From: Candidatus Woesearchaeota archaeon
Lineage (GTDB): Archaea; Nanobdellota; Nanobdellia; SCGC-AAA011-G17; JAGVZY01
Assembly (NCBI GenBank): GCA_018302225.1
Contig: JAGVZY010000012.1
Span: 11,191 to 75,190, forward strand
Length of the DNA: 64,000 bases
Direction: 5' to 3'
In this document: piece after piece, positions 19,248 to 28,318 of the stretch
How positions within the stretch are numbered: the first letter of the stretch is position 1
Layout: each line of letters starts with the position of its first letter
Notes under the pieces: model-generated
What the model was told of the DNA's origin: nothing
Seen by the model: only the letters and a program-made list of their open reading frames with translations
Database searches by the model: none
Made by a program: the position numbers and the translations under genes

Positions 19248-21042
19248 CTTTTTTAAGATCTATCTTTTTAGATAAATCTAGTTTTAAATGAAGTTCTTTC
19301 AATTGTTTTTCAGTAACTTCTGAAGGTGAGCCCACCATTAATTCTTGAGCTTTTTTGTTCATAGGGAACATAATAACTTCTCTAATGTTGGGTTCTTCTG
19401 CAAATATCATTACTAATCTATCTACACCTGGAGCTATACCGCCATGTGGGGGTGCTCCGAATGAGAATGCGTTAAGCATATGTCCAAATTTGTCTTCTAG
19501 ACTTTTTTTGCTATATCCTGCAATCTCAAATGCTTTGTACATAATATCTGGACGATGATTTCTAATTGCACCACTAGATAATTCTATACCATTGCATACA
19601 ATATCATATTGATATGCTAAAATTCCTAAAGGATCTTTGTTGTTTAAAGAGTCTAATCCACCTTGTGGCATTGAGAATGGATTGTGTGAAAAGTCTATTT
19701 TTTGTTCTTCTTCATTAAATTCAAACATAGGGAAATCAACAACCCAACAATAAGCTAAAATATCTTTTGGAATAATATTTTTTTCATTAGCTAGGAAAGT
19801 TCTTACTTGTCCAATTATTTTACAAGTTTCAAGCCATTTTCCTGCAGAGATAAATACTGCATCCCCATTTTTAAGTTTTGAAGCTAATTTTTTATTTTCA
19901 TCTTCAGATAAGAATTTTGAAATTGGACTTTTTAGTATATTATCTTTATAAGTTGCATAGATTATTCCTTTTGCACCTAATTCTTTAACGAAATTTTCAA
20001 CTTTTTCAAAGAATGATCTTGGTTCATCTGCAGAGTTTTCTAAAACAACTGCTTTTATACAATGTCCTTTTTTTGTATTTTCTGCAAGAACTTTAAAATT
20101 AGACTTTGGGAAGATATCCGTTATATCCTGAATTTTCATATCATATCTAATATCTGGTTTATCTGTTCCATAATTATTCATGGCATCTGTGAATGTAATT
20201 CTTGGGAAGGGGAATTTTAATATTTTTCTTTTTGAGAATATTCTTGTTAAGTGTTCTAACAAACCTTCAATTATTTTAAACAAATCATTTTGTTCTATAA
20301 ATGACATCTCTATATCTAATTGATAAAACTCTCCAGGGCTTCTATCTGCACGAGCATCTTCATCTCTAAAGCAAGGTGCAATCTGGAAGTATTTATCAAA
20401 TCCTGAGCACATAATTAATTGTTTATATTGTTGGGGTGCTTGAGGTAGAGCATAGAATTTTCCAGGGTGAATTCTGCTTGGAACTAAGTAGTCTCTTGCT
20501 CCTTCTGGTGAGCTTACTGTTAGAATAGGAGTTTGGAATTCTGTAAAACCTGCATTAATCATGTATTTTCTCATCTCTGCAATAACTTTAGATCTTAAAA
20601 TAATATTTTTGTGTAATCTATCATTTCTTAAATCGATAAATCTATATTTTAAACGGAGCTCTTCAGCAATTTCAGTTTTTCCTGTTAATGAATATGGTAA
20701 TTCAGGAACAATAGAATCAATAGTTAAATGAGTACATTTAATTTCTATTTCTCCTGTAGGAATGTCTTTGTTTTCTGTTCCTTTGGGTCTGGCAGTTACT
20801 GTGCCTTCTATAAATACTATTGATTCAGGTTTGAGTTTAGAAGCACTTTCAAATATTCTTTTATCTTTTTTAGGATCAAAGACTATCTGAGTTATACCGT
20901 AATTATCCCATAAATCTATAAATATTAAGCCACCATGATCACGAATCCTTCTTACCCAACCCGATAATTTAACTTTTTGGTCAATATCTGATTTTTTTAA
21001 ATCATTGCAAGTATGTGTTCTGTAATGCGTTTCAAACGCCAT
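19231..21042 (-). CDS. aspS: Aspartate--tRNA(Asp/Asn) ligase, bacterial type
   Basis: YRTHTC, RDHGG, PEGARDY, LPQAPQQYKQ, CFRDEDARADR, GAD insertion, GAPPHGGIAPG. ATG at 21042 follows an AGGTGA SD. Confidence 0.93.
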   Translation of the reverse strand: MAFETHYRTHTCNDLKKSDIDQKVKLSGWVRRIRDHGGLIFIDLWDNYGITQIVFDPKKDKRIFESASKLKPESIVFIEGTVTARPKGTENKDIPTGEIEIKCTHLTIDSIVPELPYSLTGKTEIAEELRLKYRFIDLRNDRLHKNIILRSKVIAEMRKYMINAGFTEFQTPILTVSSPEGARDYLVPSRIHPGKFYALPQAPQQYKQLIMCSGFDKYFQIAPCFRDEDARADRSPGEFYQLDIEMSFIEQNDLFKIIEGLLEHLTRIFSKRKILKFPFPRITFTDAMNNYGTDKPDIRYDMKIQDITDIFPKSNFKVLAENTKKGHCIKAVVLENSADEPRSFFEKVENFVKELGAKGIIYATYKDNILKSPISKFLSEDENKKLASKLKNGDAVFISAGKWLETCKIIGQVRTFLANEKNIIPKDILAYCWVVDFPMFEFNEEEQKIDFSHNPFSMPQGGLDSLNNKDPLGILAYQYDIVCNGIELSSGAIRNHRPDIMYKAFEIAGYSKKSLEDKFGHMLNAFSFGAPPHGGIAPGVDRLVMIFAEEPNIREVIMFPMNKKAQELMVGSPSEVTEKQLKELHLKLDLSKKIDLKKDVSDK

Positions 21043-21613
21043 TTTTCTCACCTAATTTTCTTAATTTTAATTCATAGATAATATTTTCAATTTTATTTAA
21101 ATTCCATTTTATTGAATCTGATTTTTTTCTTAATTCTCCATTTGCAAAATTAAAATTTAAGAATTGTCTATAAATTAAATCTATAAATTCTTGTATTAAA
21201 TAAACTTCTTTATAATTTTCATCAATTACAGATTTTACTGCTTTTCTTATTAATTCTCCTGTTAGATCACAAATTCCGAGTAAATATTCTTCAATACCAA
21301 CTTCTGTTTCTTTTAGTGTAATTAATCTTTTTTCTTTTATAAAAATATAAAATGCAATTGCTTCTACATATTCTTGTAATGCCACTTTATAGATAGATGA
21401 GAATTCTAAGGCACCTTTTGTTTTTTTTAGATCTTTTACTTGTGCTTTAATTTCTTTTATTTGAGATTCTTGAGTATCTCCTTTAATTAAAGAATATATT
21501 ATTTTTTTTGAAGTTTGTATTATTTTATGGGCCTTTTGAATAATCTTCTCACGTTCTTCGTTGTAAGAATCAATCTCTTTCTTTATAGACTCAAATTCCT
21601 TTTGTTTAAGCAT
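21032..21613 (-). CDS. Translin/TRAX (C3PO) family protein
   Basis: REKII, QEYVEA, YLLGICDLTGELIR, LRKKSD. Confidence 0.87.
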   Translation of the reverse strand: MLKQKEFESIKKEIDSYNEEREKIIQKAHKIIQTSKKIIYSLIKGDTQESQIKEIKAQVKDLKKTKGALEFSSIYKVALQEYVEAIAFYIFIKEKRLITLKETEVGIEEYLLGICDLTGELIRKAVKSVIDENYKEVYLIQEFIDLIYRQFLNFNFANGELRKKSDSIKWNLNKIENIIYELKLRKLGEKNGV

Positions 21614-21708
21614 TTTTAATCTTATCTTCTTTTATAACTTACTTTTAAATACTTTTCGTAATAAACTAGTCAAAAACTATTTAAATGAGGTATTGTTTTT
21701 AAAACCTA

Positions 21709-23340
21709 ATGTTTACTAATATAAGAACTGCATATAGAGATTTAAGGCGTTTAAGACAAATTGTAGGTGTACTTCTAAAGAATGAGTTAGGTTATTATGT
21801 GGAAAAGATGCAGTTAAAGCATCATGTTCCTGGGAGGATGAGGACTTATAAGACCGATAAACCTAATTCAATGCCTTATAGATTAAGAAATGCTTTTGAG
21901 GAGTTAGGCCCAGTATTTATTAAATTAGGACAATTTTTGAGTTTAAGACCTGATTTAATTCCTAAGGAATATTGTGATGAGTTTGCAAAATTGCAGGATT
22001 CTATTGAATCTTTTAGTTATGAAACTGCTTTGGAATTAATAGAAAAAGAATTAAAAAGGCCTTGGAATGAAGTTTTTTTACAAATTTCTAAACAACCAAT
22101 AGCTTCTGCTTCAATCGGGCAAGTTCATAAAGCAAGATTATTGAATGGAGAAATTGTTGTTATAAAAATTCAAAGGCCAGATATAAAAGAAGTAATTGAA
22201 ACTGATATAAATTTGATATATCATTTGGCTGAATTAGCAAAAAAACATATTTCTAATTTAAATGATTATGATTTAAATGCGATTGTTCAAGAGTTTGAAA
22301 GATATACAAATGATGAAATGAATTATTATATTGAAGCAAAAAATATTGAGAAGTTTTATCATAATTTTACAGGGAGTAAAACCATTAAGATTCCTAAATT
22401 ATATAATGATTATACTACCAAGAAAATTCTGGTGATGGAGTTTATAGACGGAATTAAAATTGATAATCTAGAACAATTTGATAAATTTGGTTATGATCGG
22501 CATGCTGTGTCTCATAATGTTGCACAAGCAATGCTTAAGCAAGTTTTTGAATATGGTTTGTTTCATGCAGATCCACATCCAGCAAATATTTTTGTATTGA
22601 ATGGAAATAAAATTGCATTTTTAGATTATGGTATTGTTGGAAGGATTTCTGAAGAAACCAAAGAAAAATTAGCACGGTTATTTTTGGCATTAGTTCATAA
22701 AAATATGGATAGAGTTGCAGATTCATTCTTACAATTAGGGATAATGGAACAGGAAAATCCTAGGATAAAAGAGGCGTTACTATTGGTTTTAGAGGATTAT
22801 GGGAGTTTAGCTATAAAAGAGGTTAAGATTGGAAATCTCTTTAATGAACTAGTAAATATGTCTTGGAAATATAAACTTAAATTACCTGTTGATTTTGTTT
22901 TGTTAGCAAAAGCAATTGCAACCAGTGAAGGATTTGGCCAGAAATTAGATCCTGATTTTAAATTAGGCGCTGAAATGTCAGAATATGCGAGAGAATATAT
23001 AGACAGAAATGGTATGACTTATAGATTCAAGAAATTAAAGGATACACTTAACAAACTTGGAGATAATATAATTATATTGCCTGATAGAATTGATAAATTA
23101 TTATCTAAAGCTGAAAAAGGAGAAATTAAAATTGACGTTAATGATAGAGATGTTAAAAAACTTGGAACCGACATTAATACCAGTAGCAATAGATTGACTA
23201 TGGGTTTAATAATTGCCGCCTTGATTATTGGTGGGGCCTTGGTTTTAAGAATGGGTGATTATGATATATTTGCATATTTTGCATTTTTAATGGCCGGAGT
23301 TTTAGGGTTACTATTAATTATATCTGTAATAAGAGAATAA
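21709..23340 (+). CDS. ABC1/UbiB/AarF atypical kinase with C-terminal TM helices
   Basis: LGPVFIKLGQ, ASASIGQVH, KIQRP, FHADPHPAN, LDYG. Confidence 0.92.
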   Translation: MFTNIRTAYRDLRRLRQIVGVLLKNELGYYVEKMQLKHHVPGRMRTYKTDKPNSMPYRLRNAFEELGPVFIKLGQFLSLRPDLIPKEYCDEFAKLQDSIESFSYETALELIEKELKRPWNEVFLQISKQPIASASIGQVHKARLLNGEIVVIKIQRPDIKEVIETDINLIYHLAELAKKHISNLNDYDLNAIVQEFERYTNDEMNYYIEAKNIEKFYHNFTGSKTIKIPKLYNDYTTKKILVMEFIDGIKIDNLEQFDKFGYDRHAVSHNVAQAMLKQVFEYGLFHADPHPANIFVLNGNKIAFLDYGIVGRISEETKEKLARLFLALVHKNMDRVADSFLQLGIMEQENPRIKEALLLVLEDYGSLAIKEVKIGNLFNELVNMSWKYKLKLPVDFVLLAKAIATSEGFGQKLDPDFKLGAEMSEYAREYIDRNGMTYRFKKLKDTLNKLGDNIIILPDRIDKLLSKAEKGEIKIDVNDRDVKKLGTDINTSSNRLTMGLIIAALIIGGALVLRMGDYDIFAYFAFLMAGVLGLLLIISVIRE

Positions 23341-23353
23341 GAGGTGAGCTATA

Positions 23354-23713
23354 ATGAGTGTTGAAACAAAAGTTAAGAAAGGAGTTTTACTCGGTTTAGG
23401 TATATTAGATTTAACCAAAGAAAAAACCGAGAAGTTGATTAAAGAGACTGCAAAGCAACAAGGTTTAAGTGTTAAAGAAGGAAGAAAATTAGTTGAATCA
23501 GTTTTAAGAAAAAATAAAAAACAAGGAAAAATAATTGCAGATGAGATTGAATCTAAGTTAAGTGTTATAGTAAGTAAGGCTTTAAGTTTAAGTAGACAAG
23601 AAATTGAGAAGATGGAAAGAAAATTAAATGAAAAAAGAGGTGTTAAAATGGGCTCTTGCAGTTGTTGTAAACCAAAATCAAAAAAGAAAGCTAAATCTAA
23701 AAAGAAGAAATAA
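23354..23713 (+). CDS. Phasin-like protein with Lys-rich tail
   Basis: KKGVLLGLG..DLTKEK.EKLI....EGRKLV pattern; GAGGTGA SD; follows the UbiB-family gene. Confidence 0.65.
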   Translation: MSVETKVKKGVLLGLGILDLTKEKTEKLIKETAKQQGLSVKEGRKLVESVLRKNKKQGKIIADEIESKLSVIVSKALSLSRQEIEKMERKLNEKRGVKMGSCSCCKPKSKKKAKSKKKK

Positions 23714-23715
23714 TT

Positions 23716-23934
23716 TTATTTTCTATGTCTTCTTATTTTTATTTTTTTAACTTTATCTGTTCCAATATTTTCTAGAATATAATTTTTAAGTTTTAGTTTT
23801 TTAGCCCAGGTATGTGCTTGTTCTTCTGTTCTAAATGCCTTTGGTTGGGTAAAGGGTTTTCTTTTTAAAAACCTTCTTGGTCTAAGTTTGTTTGTTTTAT
23901 ATTTTCTTTTTTCTCTCGTATGTATTTTAGGCAT
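23716..23934 (-). CDS. Small highly basic hypothetical protein
   Basis: 72 aa, K/R-rich, PKAFRTEEQAHTWA core; TATA about 25 nt upstream. Confidence 0.7.
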   Translation of the reverse strand: MPKIHTREKRKYKTNKLRPRRFLKRKPFTQPKAFRTEEQAHTWAKKLKLKNYILENIGTDKVKKIKIRRHRK

Positions 23935-23982
23935 ATAACTTAGGATTAAGAAGACTTTTATAAAGCTTTCTCTTTTTGGTTA

Positions 23983-24079
23983 AGTCAACTAAAGGGCGTT
24001 AGAAATATCAGGTTTCTGATTTCAGCAATTGCAGGGCTATAAACAAATGGGAGATACAAATTGCGCCATTAAGTTGACT
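23983..24079. ncRNA. Candidate structured non-coding RNA (three-way junction)
   Basis: AGTCAACT/AGTTGACT closing stem, GGCG/CGCC inner stem, two internal hairpins, no ORF. Strand not resolved. Confidence 0.4.
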
Positions 24080-24159
24080 GTGCCTTCTTTTTAAAGCACA
24101 TTAAACCCTTAAATAACCTTTGAGTTAAGTTTTTAAAGTAGGATGTCTTTGTTTGTTAA

Positions 24160-24741
24160 ATGGAATATATCCCTTTTAAAAGGCAAATTACTCTAAATAG
24201 AGAGTTAAACAAACTTGATGAATTAACCTTAATTTTTACTCAGATTCTTAAAAAATATACGGGTTATGTTATTATTTCGGGTTATGTTTCTATTCTTCTT
24301 GGAAGAGCAAGAGCAACAGAGGATATAGATGTTTTTATCAAAAAATTAGATAAAAAAAAGTTTTTTGAATTGTGGGCAGAATTAGAAAATAAGAATTTTT
24401 GGTGTTTGAATACAGATGACGTTGATGAAGCATATGCTTATTTGATTGAGGGTTTAGGCATAAGATTTGCAGAGAAAAAAAATTCAATACCTAATTTTGA
24501 AGTTAAATTTTCTAAGAATCTATTAGAACAAAAAAATTTTGAAGATTTTATAAAAGTTAAACTTAAACAAGGTGAAGTAAATATTTCTTCTTTAGAAAGG
24601 CAGATTGCAATTAAAAAATATTATCTTAAGTCTGAAAAAGATATAGAAGATGCTTTACATATAGAAGAACTTTTTAAAGATAAGCTAGATTATAGTAAAA
24701 TTAATAAAATCAAGAGTGAAATAAGTATTATATTAAAATGA
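24160..24741 (+). CDS. Nucleotidyltransferase-fold protein
   Basis: YVIISGYVSILLGRARATEDID and C-terminal KDIED. Confidence 0.75.
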   Translation: MEYIPFKRQITLNRELNKLDELTLIFTQILKKYTGYVIISGYVSILLGRARATEDIDVFIKKLDKKKFFELWAELENKNFWCLNTDDVDEAYAYLIEGLGIRFAEKKNSIPNFEVKFSKNLLEQKNFEDFIKVKLKQGEVNISSLERQIAIKKYYLKSEKDIEDALHIEELFKDKLDYSKINKIKSEISIILK

Positions 24742-24899
24742 ATAAAACTAAATTTATGAAACCGGGAAAGAACAATTTTGAAGATAGGCTTAATTTTATT
24801 AAATTCTGGGTTCAACAAATAAAGGATAGTAAAGATGAGGAATGGAGTAAACAGCAAAATATTTTGATTAATTCTCAGTTTCCAAAGAATAAAAATTAA
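24738..24899 (+). CDS. Small protein (53 aa) coupled to the nucleotidyltransferase
   Basis: ATGA overlap; MNKTKFMKPGKNNFEDRLNFIKFWVQQIKDSKDEEWSKQQNILINSQFPKNKN*. Confidence 0.7.
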   Translation: MNKTKFMKPGKNNFEDRLNFIKFWVQQIKDSKDEEWSKQQNILINSQFPKNKN

Positions 24900-25825
24900 T
24901 TCTGGTTTAATTTTTCTTTAACACTTCCGAGTATAATTGGAAGAGCTATAGTTGCATCACAAATAACATCTACAAATTTGCCTTGAGAATTCATTTTACC
25001 CCAACTTATGCCTTCTCTTAGTTCTGCACCTGAGCTTCCACCTGGTTCAGGATGGTCTGTTGTAATTTGAATACCATAGTCTGCACCTTTTCCAGAGAAT
25101 TGTAATGACTGTTGAATATAATTTTTAGGAACTCCACCACCTACATAGATAATTCCTTTCTTTTTTGCAGTCCAAGAAATATCAATTATTTCTTTTAAAT
25201 CGTCAAAAGTATCAACTTTGAGTTTCATTCCTGCACATAGTCTTCCCCAAATCATTAAACCAATTCCAGAGTCTGAGATTGCAGGGCAAAAAATAGGAAT
25301 TTTATTTTTATAACAAGTGTATAAAATTGAATTTTCATCTTTTATCTCACTTCCAACTAACCATAAAAATTCTTTTATGTTTAATTCTTTATTGTTGTAT
25401 TTCTTTGAGAATTTAATAAAAAAATCTTCTAATTTTTCATAAGCCGCATTGGGCATAAAACTTTCGTAAATTCTATCAATCCCTTTTTTTAATAATTTAG
25501 AGTCATCAACATCTTTTGATCCTTGAAAATGTGAATAGCCTAATGCTTCAATTAAATCATGAGTTAAAGTTGCACCCGTAGTTACAAAAACTGAGACTTT
25601 TAAAGTTTTTAGGGTATCTATAATAATATTTTTCATTCCACCTGGAACCATAGGGCCGGCAATACCTAAGAATATTTTACACTCTTTGTCTTTAGCCATT
25701 TGATACATAATATCAGAGGCTTTTCCAATTCTTCCTGCACCAAAAACACCTAGTTCTGAGAATTCTTTTGTAAGTTCTCTTAGAGAGGTTTTGTTTTTTA
25801 GTGAAATTTGTTTTACCTTTTGCAT
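24896..25825 (-). CDS. dys: Deoxyhypusine synthase
   Basis: TTGATLTHD, GIDRIY, PIFCPAISDS, GGGVPKN, EGISWGK (catalytic Lys). Start at MQKVKQ (25825). Confidence 0.9.
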   Translation of the reverse strand: MQKVKQISLKNKTSLRELTKEFSELGVFGAGRIGKASDIMYQMAKDKECKIFLGIAGPMVPGGMKNIIIDTLKTLKVSVFVTTGATLTHDLIEALGYSHFQGSKDVDDSKLLKKGIDRIYESFMPNAAYEKLEDFFIKFSKKYNNKELNIKEFLWLVGSEIKDENSILYTCYKNKIPIFCPAISDSGIGLMIWGRLCAGMKLKVDTFDDLKEIIDISWTAKKKGIIYVGGGVPKNYIQQSLQFSGKGADYGIQITTDHPEPGGSSGAELREGISWGKMNSQGKFVDVICDATIALPIILGSVKEKLNQN

Positions 25826-25857
25826 TTTTTGTAAGAAATATAGATTAATATAAAAAA

Positions 25858-26403
25858 CTATGGTACAAAGACTGCTACTGCTATTACAGTTGTCCAAAGA
25901 CCATTTTTGTCTCCTATTGCAGTTTGAGTAACATTTCTGGATCTAACTATTTTTCCACTCATTTTATATAATTGTTCACGTTCATCCCAAGTTGCATTTG
26001 CATCAAATTCTACACCTAAGGTTGAAGCTAACATAGATGCAGCTAAATCCTCAGAATAATCACTTACTTTGTTTTCAGTTTCTCCAAATGAATGATGCTC
26101 GCTTAGATAACCGTAATTATTTTCAGAATCTGCAGGAACTGCACATCCAATAGATGATGTAATAAGTCTGTTTGGCTCATTATCGGCATTTCTTGCCATA
26201 ACACAAAATACAATTTCTCCAGCTTTTAATTGTTTTAAACCTTCTTCTTTACTTATTATTTTACATCCTGGAGGCAATATACTAGAAACAGTAACTAGAT
26301 TAAATTTTTCTATGCCTGCATCTCTAAGTGCTTGTTCAAAAGAATGTAATCTTTCTTTGTGTTTTCCTACGCCTTTAGTAAAAAATACTTTTGTTGGAAT
26401 CAT
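25858..26403 (-). CDS. pdaD: Pyruvoyl-dependent arginine decarboxylase
   Basis: [22 protein letters not shown] (Ser-Ser self-cleavage site), YGYLSEHH. Start at MIPTK (26403). Confidence 0.93.
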   Translation of the reverse strand: MIPTKVFFTKGVGKHKERLHSFEQALRDAGIEKFNLVTVSSILPPGCKIISKEEGLKQLKAGEIVFCVMARNADNEPNRLITSSIGCAVPADSENNYGYLSEHHSFGETENKVSDYSEDLAASMLASTLGVEFDANATWDEREQLYKMSGKIVRSRNVTQTAIGDKNGLWTTVIAVAVFVP

Positions 26404-26468
26404 TTCAGTGCAAGCTTTTAGAAATAACAAACTATTTATAAATATTTTCATTTAGTCTTTAAATTAAG

Positions 26469-27290
26469 ATGAAAAAAGAAGTTGAAGTTATGGATATTTT
26501 AGTAAGATATTCTGAGATAGGTTTGAAAGGTAAAAATAGAGGTAATTTTGAGAATCGGTTGGTGGATAATTTAAGAAGTTGTTTAAGAGATATCAAGGCT
26601 GATTTTAAGATTATTTTAAGACCAAGAGGAAGAATAATAATAAGGGGGGTTTTAGAAGCTGAAGTTGTTGTAAGAAAATTAACAAGAATTTTTGGTATTA
26701 TTTCTTTAAGTCCTGCGTTTAGGATTGAGACAAATTTTAATAAAATTAGTCAGAAGGCTTTAGAAATTTATGGGTCTAAGATTCCGAAAACATTTAGAAT
26801 AACTACTCAAAGACTGAATAAAGAATTTGAATATAATTCTCATGAGTTAAACTGTGAAGTTGGTGGAGTTATTTTCGATAAGTACAAAAATGCTAAAGTT
26901 TCTTTAGAAAAACCTGATTTAGATATTGGCATTGAAATAATAAGTGATGAAGCTTATTTATTTACTGAAAGGATTGAAGGATTGGGTGGATTGCCTGTTG
27001 CAACGCAAGGAGTTGTTAGATTGGATTTTAAAACCAAGGAAGATTTAGTTGCAGGATTTTTGATGTTCAAGCGCGGATGCAGTATTTATAGTGTTGGAAA
27101 AATTCCTTCTTTAATAAAAAATTTTTCTTATGGAAATACTTTTAGTTCAAATACTTTAAAATCTAAAGTAGTTGCAAATATTAATTCTGGAGATATTGAA
27201 AAATTGTGTAAATGTGATACTCTGTTTCCTTTAATAGGTTATACTAAAAAAGAGATTAATAAAATTTATAAATTGATGGAGAAAATATGA
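26469..27290 (+). CDS. ThiI-like THUMP protein lacking the PP-loop
   Basis: VRYSEIGLKGKNRGNFE..L..N and GLGGLPVATQG...FKRG present; SGGxDS absent; C-terminus short. Confidence 0.8.
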   Translation: MKKEVEVMDILVRYSEIGLKGKNRGNFENRLVDNLRSCLRDIKADFKIILRPRGRIIIRGVLEAEVVVRKLTRIFGIISLSPAFRIETNFNKISQKALEIYGSKIPKTFRITTQRLNKEFEYNSHELNCEVGGVIFDKYKNAKVSLEKPDLDIGIEIISDEAYLFTERIEGLGGLPVATQGVVRLDFKTKEDLVAGFLMFKRGCSIYSVGKIPSLIKNFSYGNTFSSNTLKSKVVANINSGDIEKLCKCDTLFPLIGYTKKEINKIYKLMEKI

Positions 27291-28303
27291 AAGTGTGTGT
27301 AATTACTTTTGGCTGTGCATTTAATAAAGCTGATTCTAAAAAAATTGAAGAGATATTATTTAAGAAGAATATAGAATTGGTTGATGAGAATAAAGCTGAA
27401 TTATTAATAATTAATACTTGTGGGGTTAAAAGAGCCACACATAATAGAATAATAAATTACCTCAAAGGATTAAAGAAAAAGGCTATTATAACTGGCTGTT
27501 TGGTTAAAATACTTAGGCTCCAAGGTTTGAATAAAAATTTAGTTATTGCTAAAGAAATCTCAGAGATTGATAAGCTCTTGAAAAAGGAAAAGTCTAAGAA
27601 AATCAAAAAATTAAAAGAAGATATAGGAATAATTCAAATTTCTCAAGGTTGTTTAAATAATTGTAATTATTGCGCAACAAAAATTGCGCGTGGAAATTTA
27701 AAATCTAAAACTATTTCAGAGATTTTAGGTGAAATTGATAGTAAAATAAAAAATGGTTGTCAAGAGATTTATTTAACTGCCCAGGATACAGGTTGTTATG
27801 GTTTTGATATTAAAACAAGTTTATCTGAATTATTAGAACAAATTTTAAAAGAATTTAATAGCCTAAATGTTAAGTTTAGATTAGGAATGGCTAATCCTAC
27901 TTATCTAAAAAAGAATTTAGGAGTTATAATTAAAGCTTTGAATTCTAGTTTATTTATGAAATTCTTACATATTCCAGTTCAGACTGGGTCTAATAAGGTT
28001 TTGAAAGAAATGGGTAGAGATTATAAAGTAAAAGATTTTGTTGAAATTGTTTCTCAAGTTAGAAATAAAGTTAAAGATGTAAGTGTTGCGACTGATATTA
28101 TTGTTGGATATCCTACTGAAACTGAAAAAGATTTTTTAGAAACTGTTAATTTATTAAAGAAATTAAAAATTGAAGTTGTTAACGTTTCTAAATATTCTAA
28201 AATGCCTGGAACTGTTGCGGGTGCGATGAAGCAATTATCTAGTCAAGATATTAAGAGAAGAAGTGTTGTGCTGCATAAATTAATTAAAGAATATAAAAAA
28301 TAA
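27287..28303 (+). CDS. tRNA methylthiotransferase (MiaB/MtaB family radical SAM) without TRAM domain
   Basis: UPF0004 Cys residues (FGC, NTC, TGC), CLNNCNYC, FLHIPVQTGS, TDIIVGYPTET. Confidence 0.88.
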   Translation: MKVCVITFGCAFNKADSKKIEEILFKKNIELVDENKAELLIINTCGVKRATHNRIINYLKGLKKKAIITGCLVKILRLQGLNKNLVIAKEISEIDKLLKKEKSKKIKKLKEDIGIIQISQGCLNNCNYCATKIARGNLKSKTISEILGEIDSKIKNGCQEIYLTAQDTGCYGFDIKTSLSELLEQILKEFNSLNVKFRLGMANPTYLKKNLGVIIKALNSSLFMKFLHIPVQTGSNKVLKEMGRDYKVKDFVEIVSQVRNKVKDVSVATDIIVGYPTETEKDFLETVNLLKKLKIEVVNVSKYSKMPGTVAGAMKQLSSQDIKRRSVVLHKLIKEYKK

Positions 28304-28318
28304 AGAAAATGTTAAGGC

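Noticed and set aside
23983-24079. 5S rRNA, hammerhead ribozyme or HEARO/omega RNA
   Set aside because: No CCGAAC loop and no CUGAUGA/GAAA core. Only the GTCAAC/GTTGAC ends resemble HEARO, and there is no adjacent IscB/TnpB.
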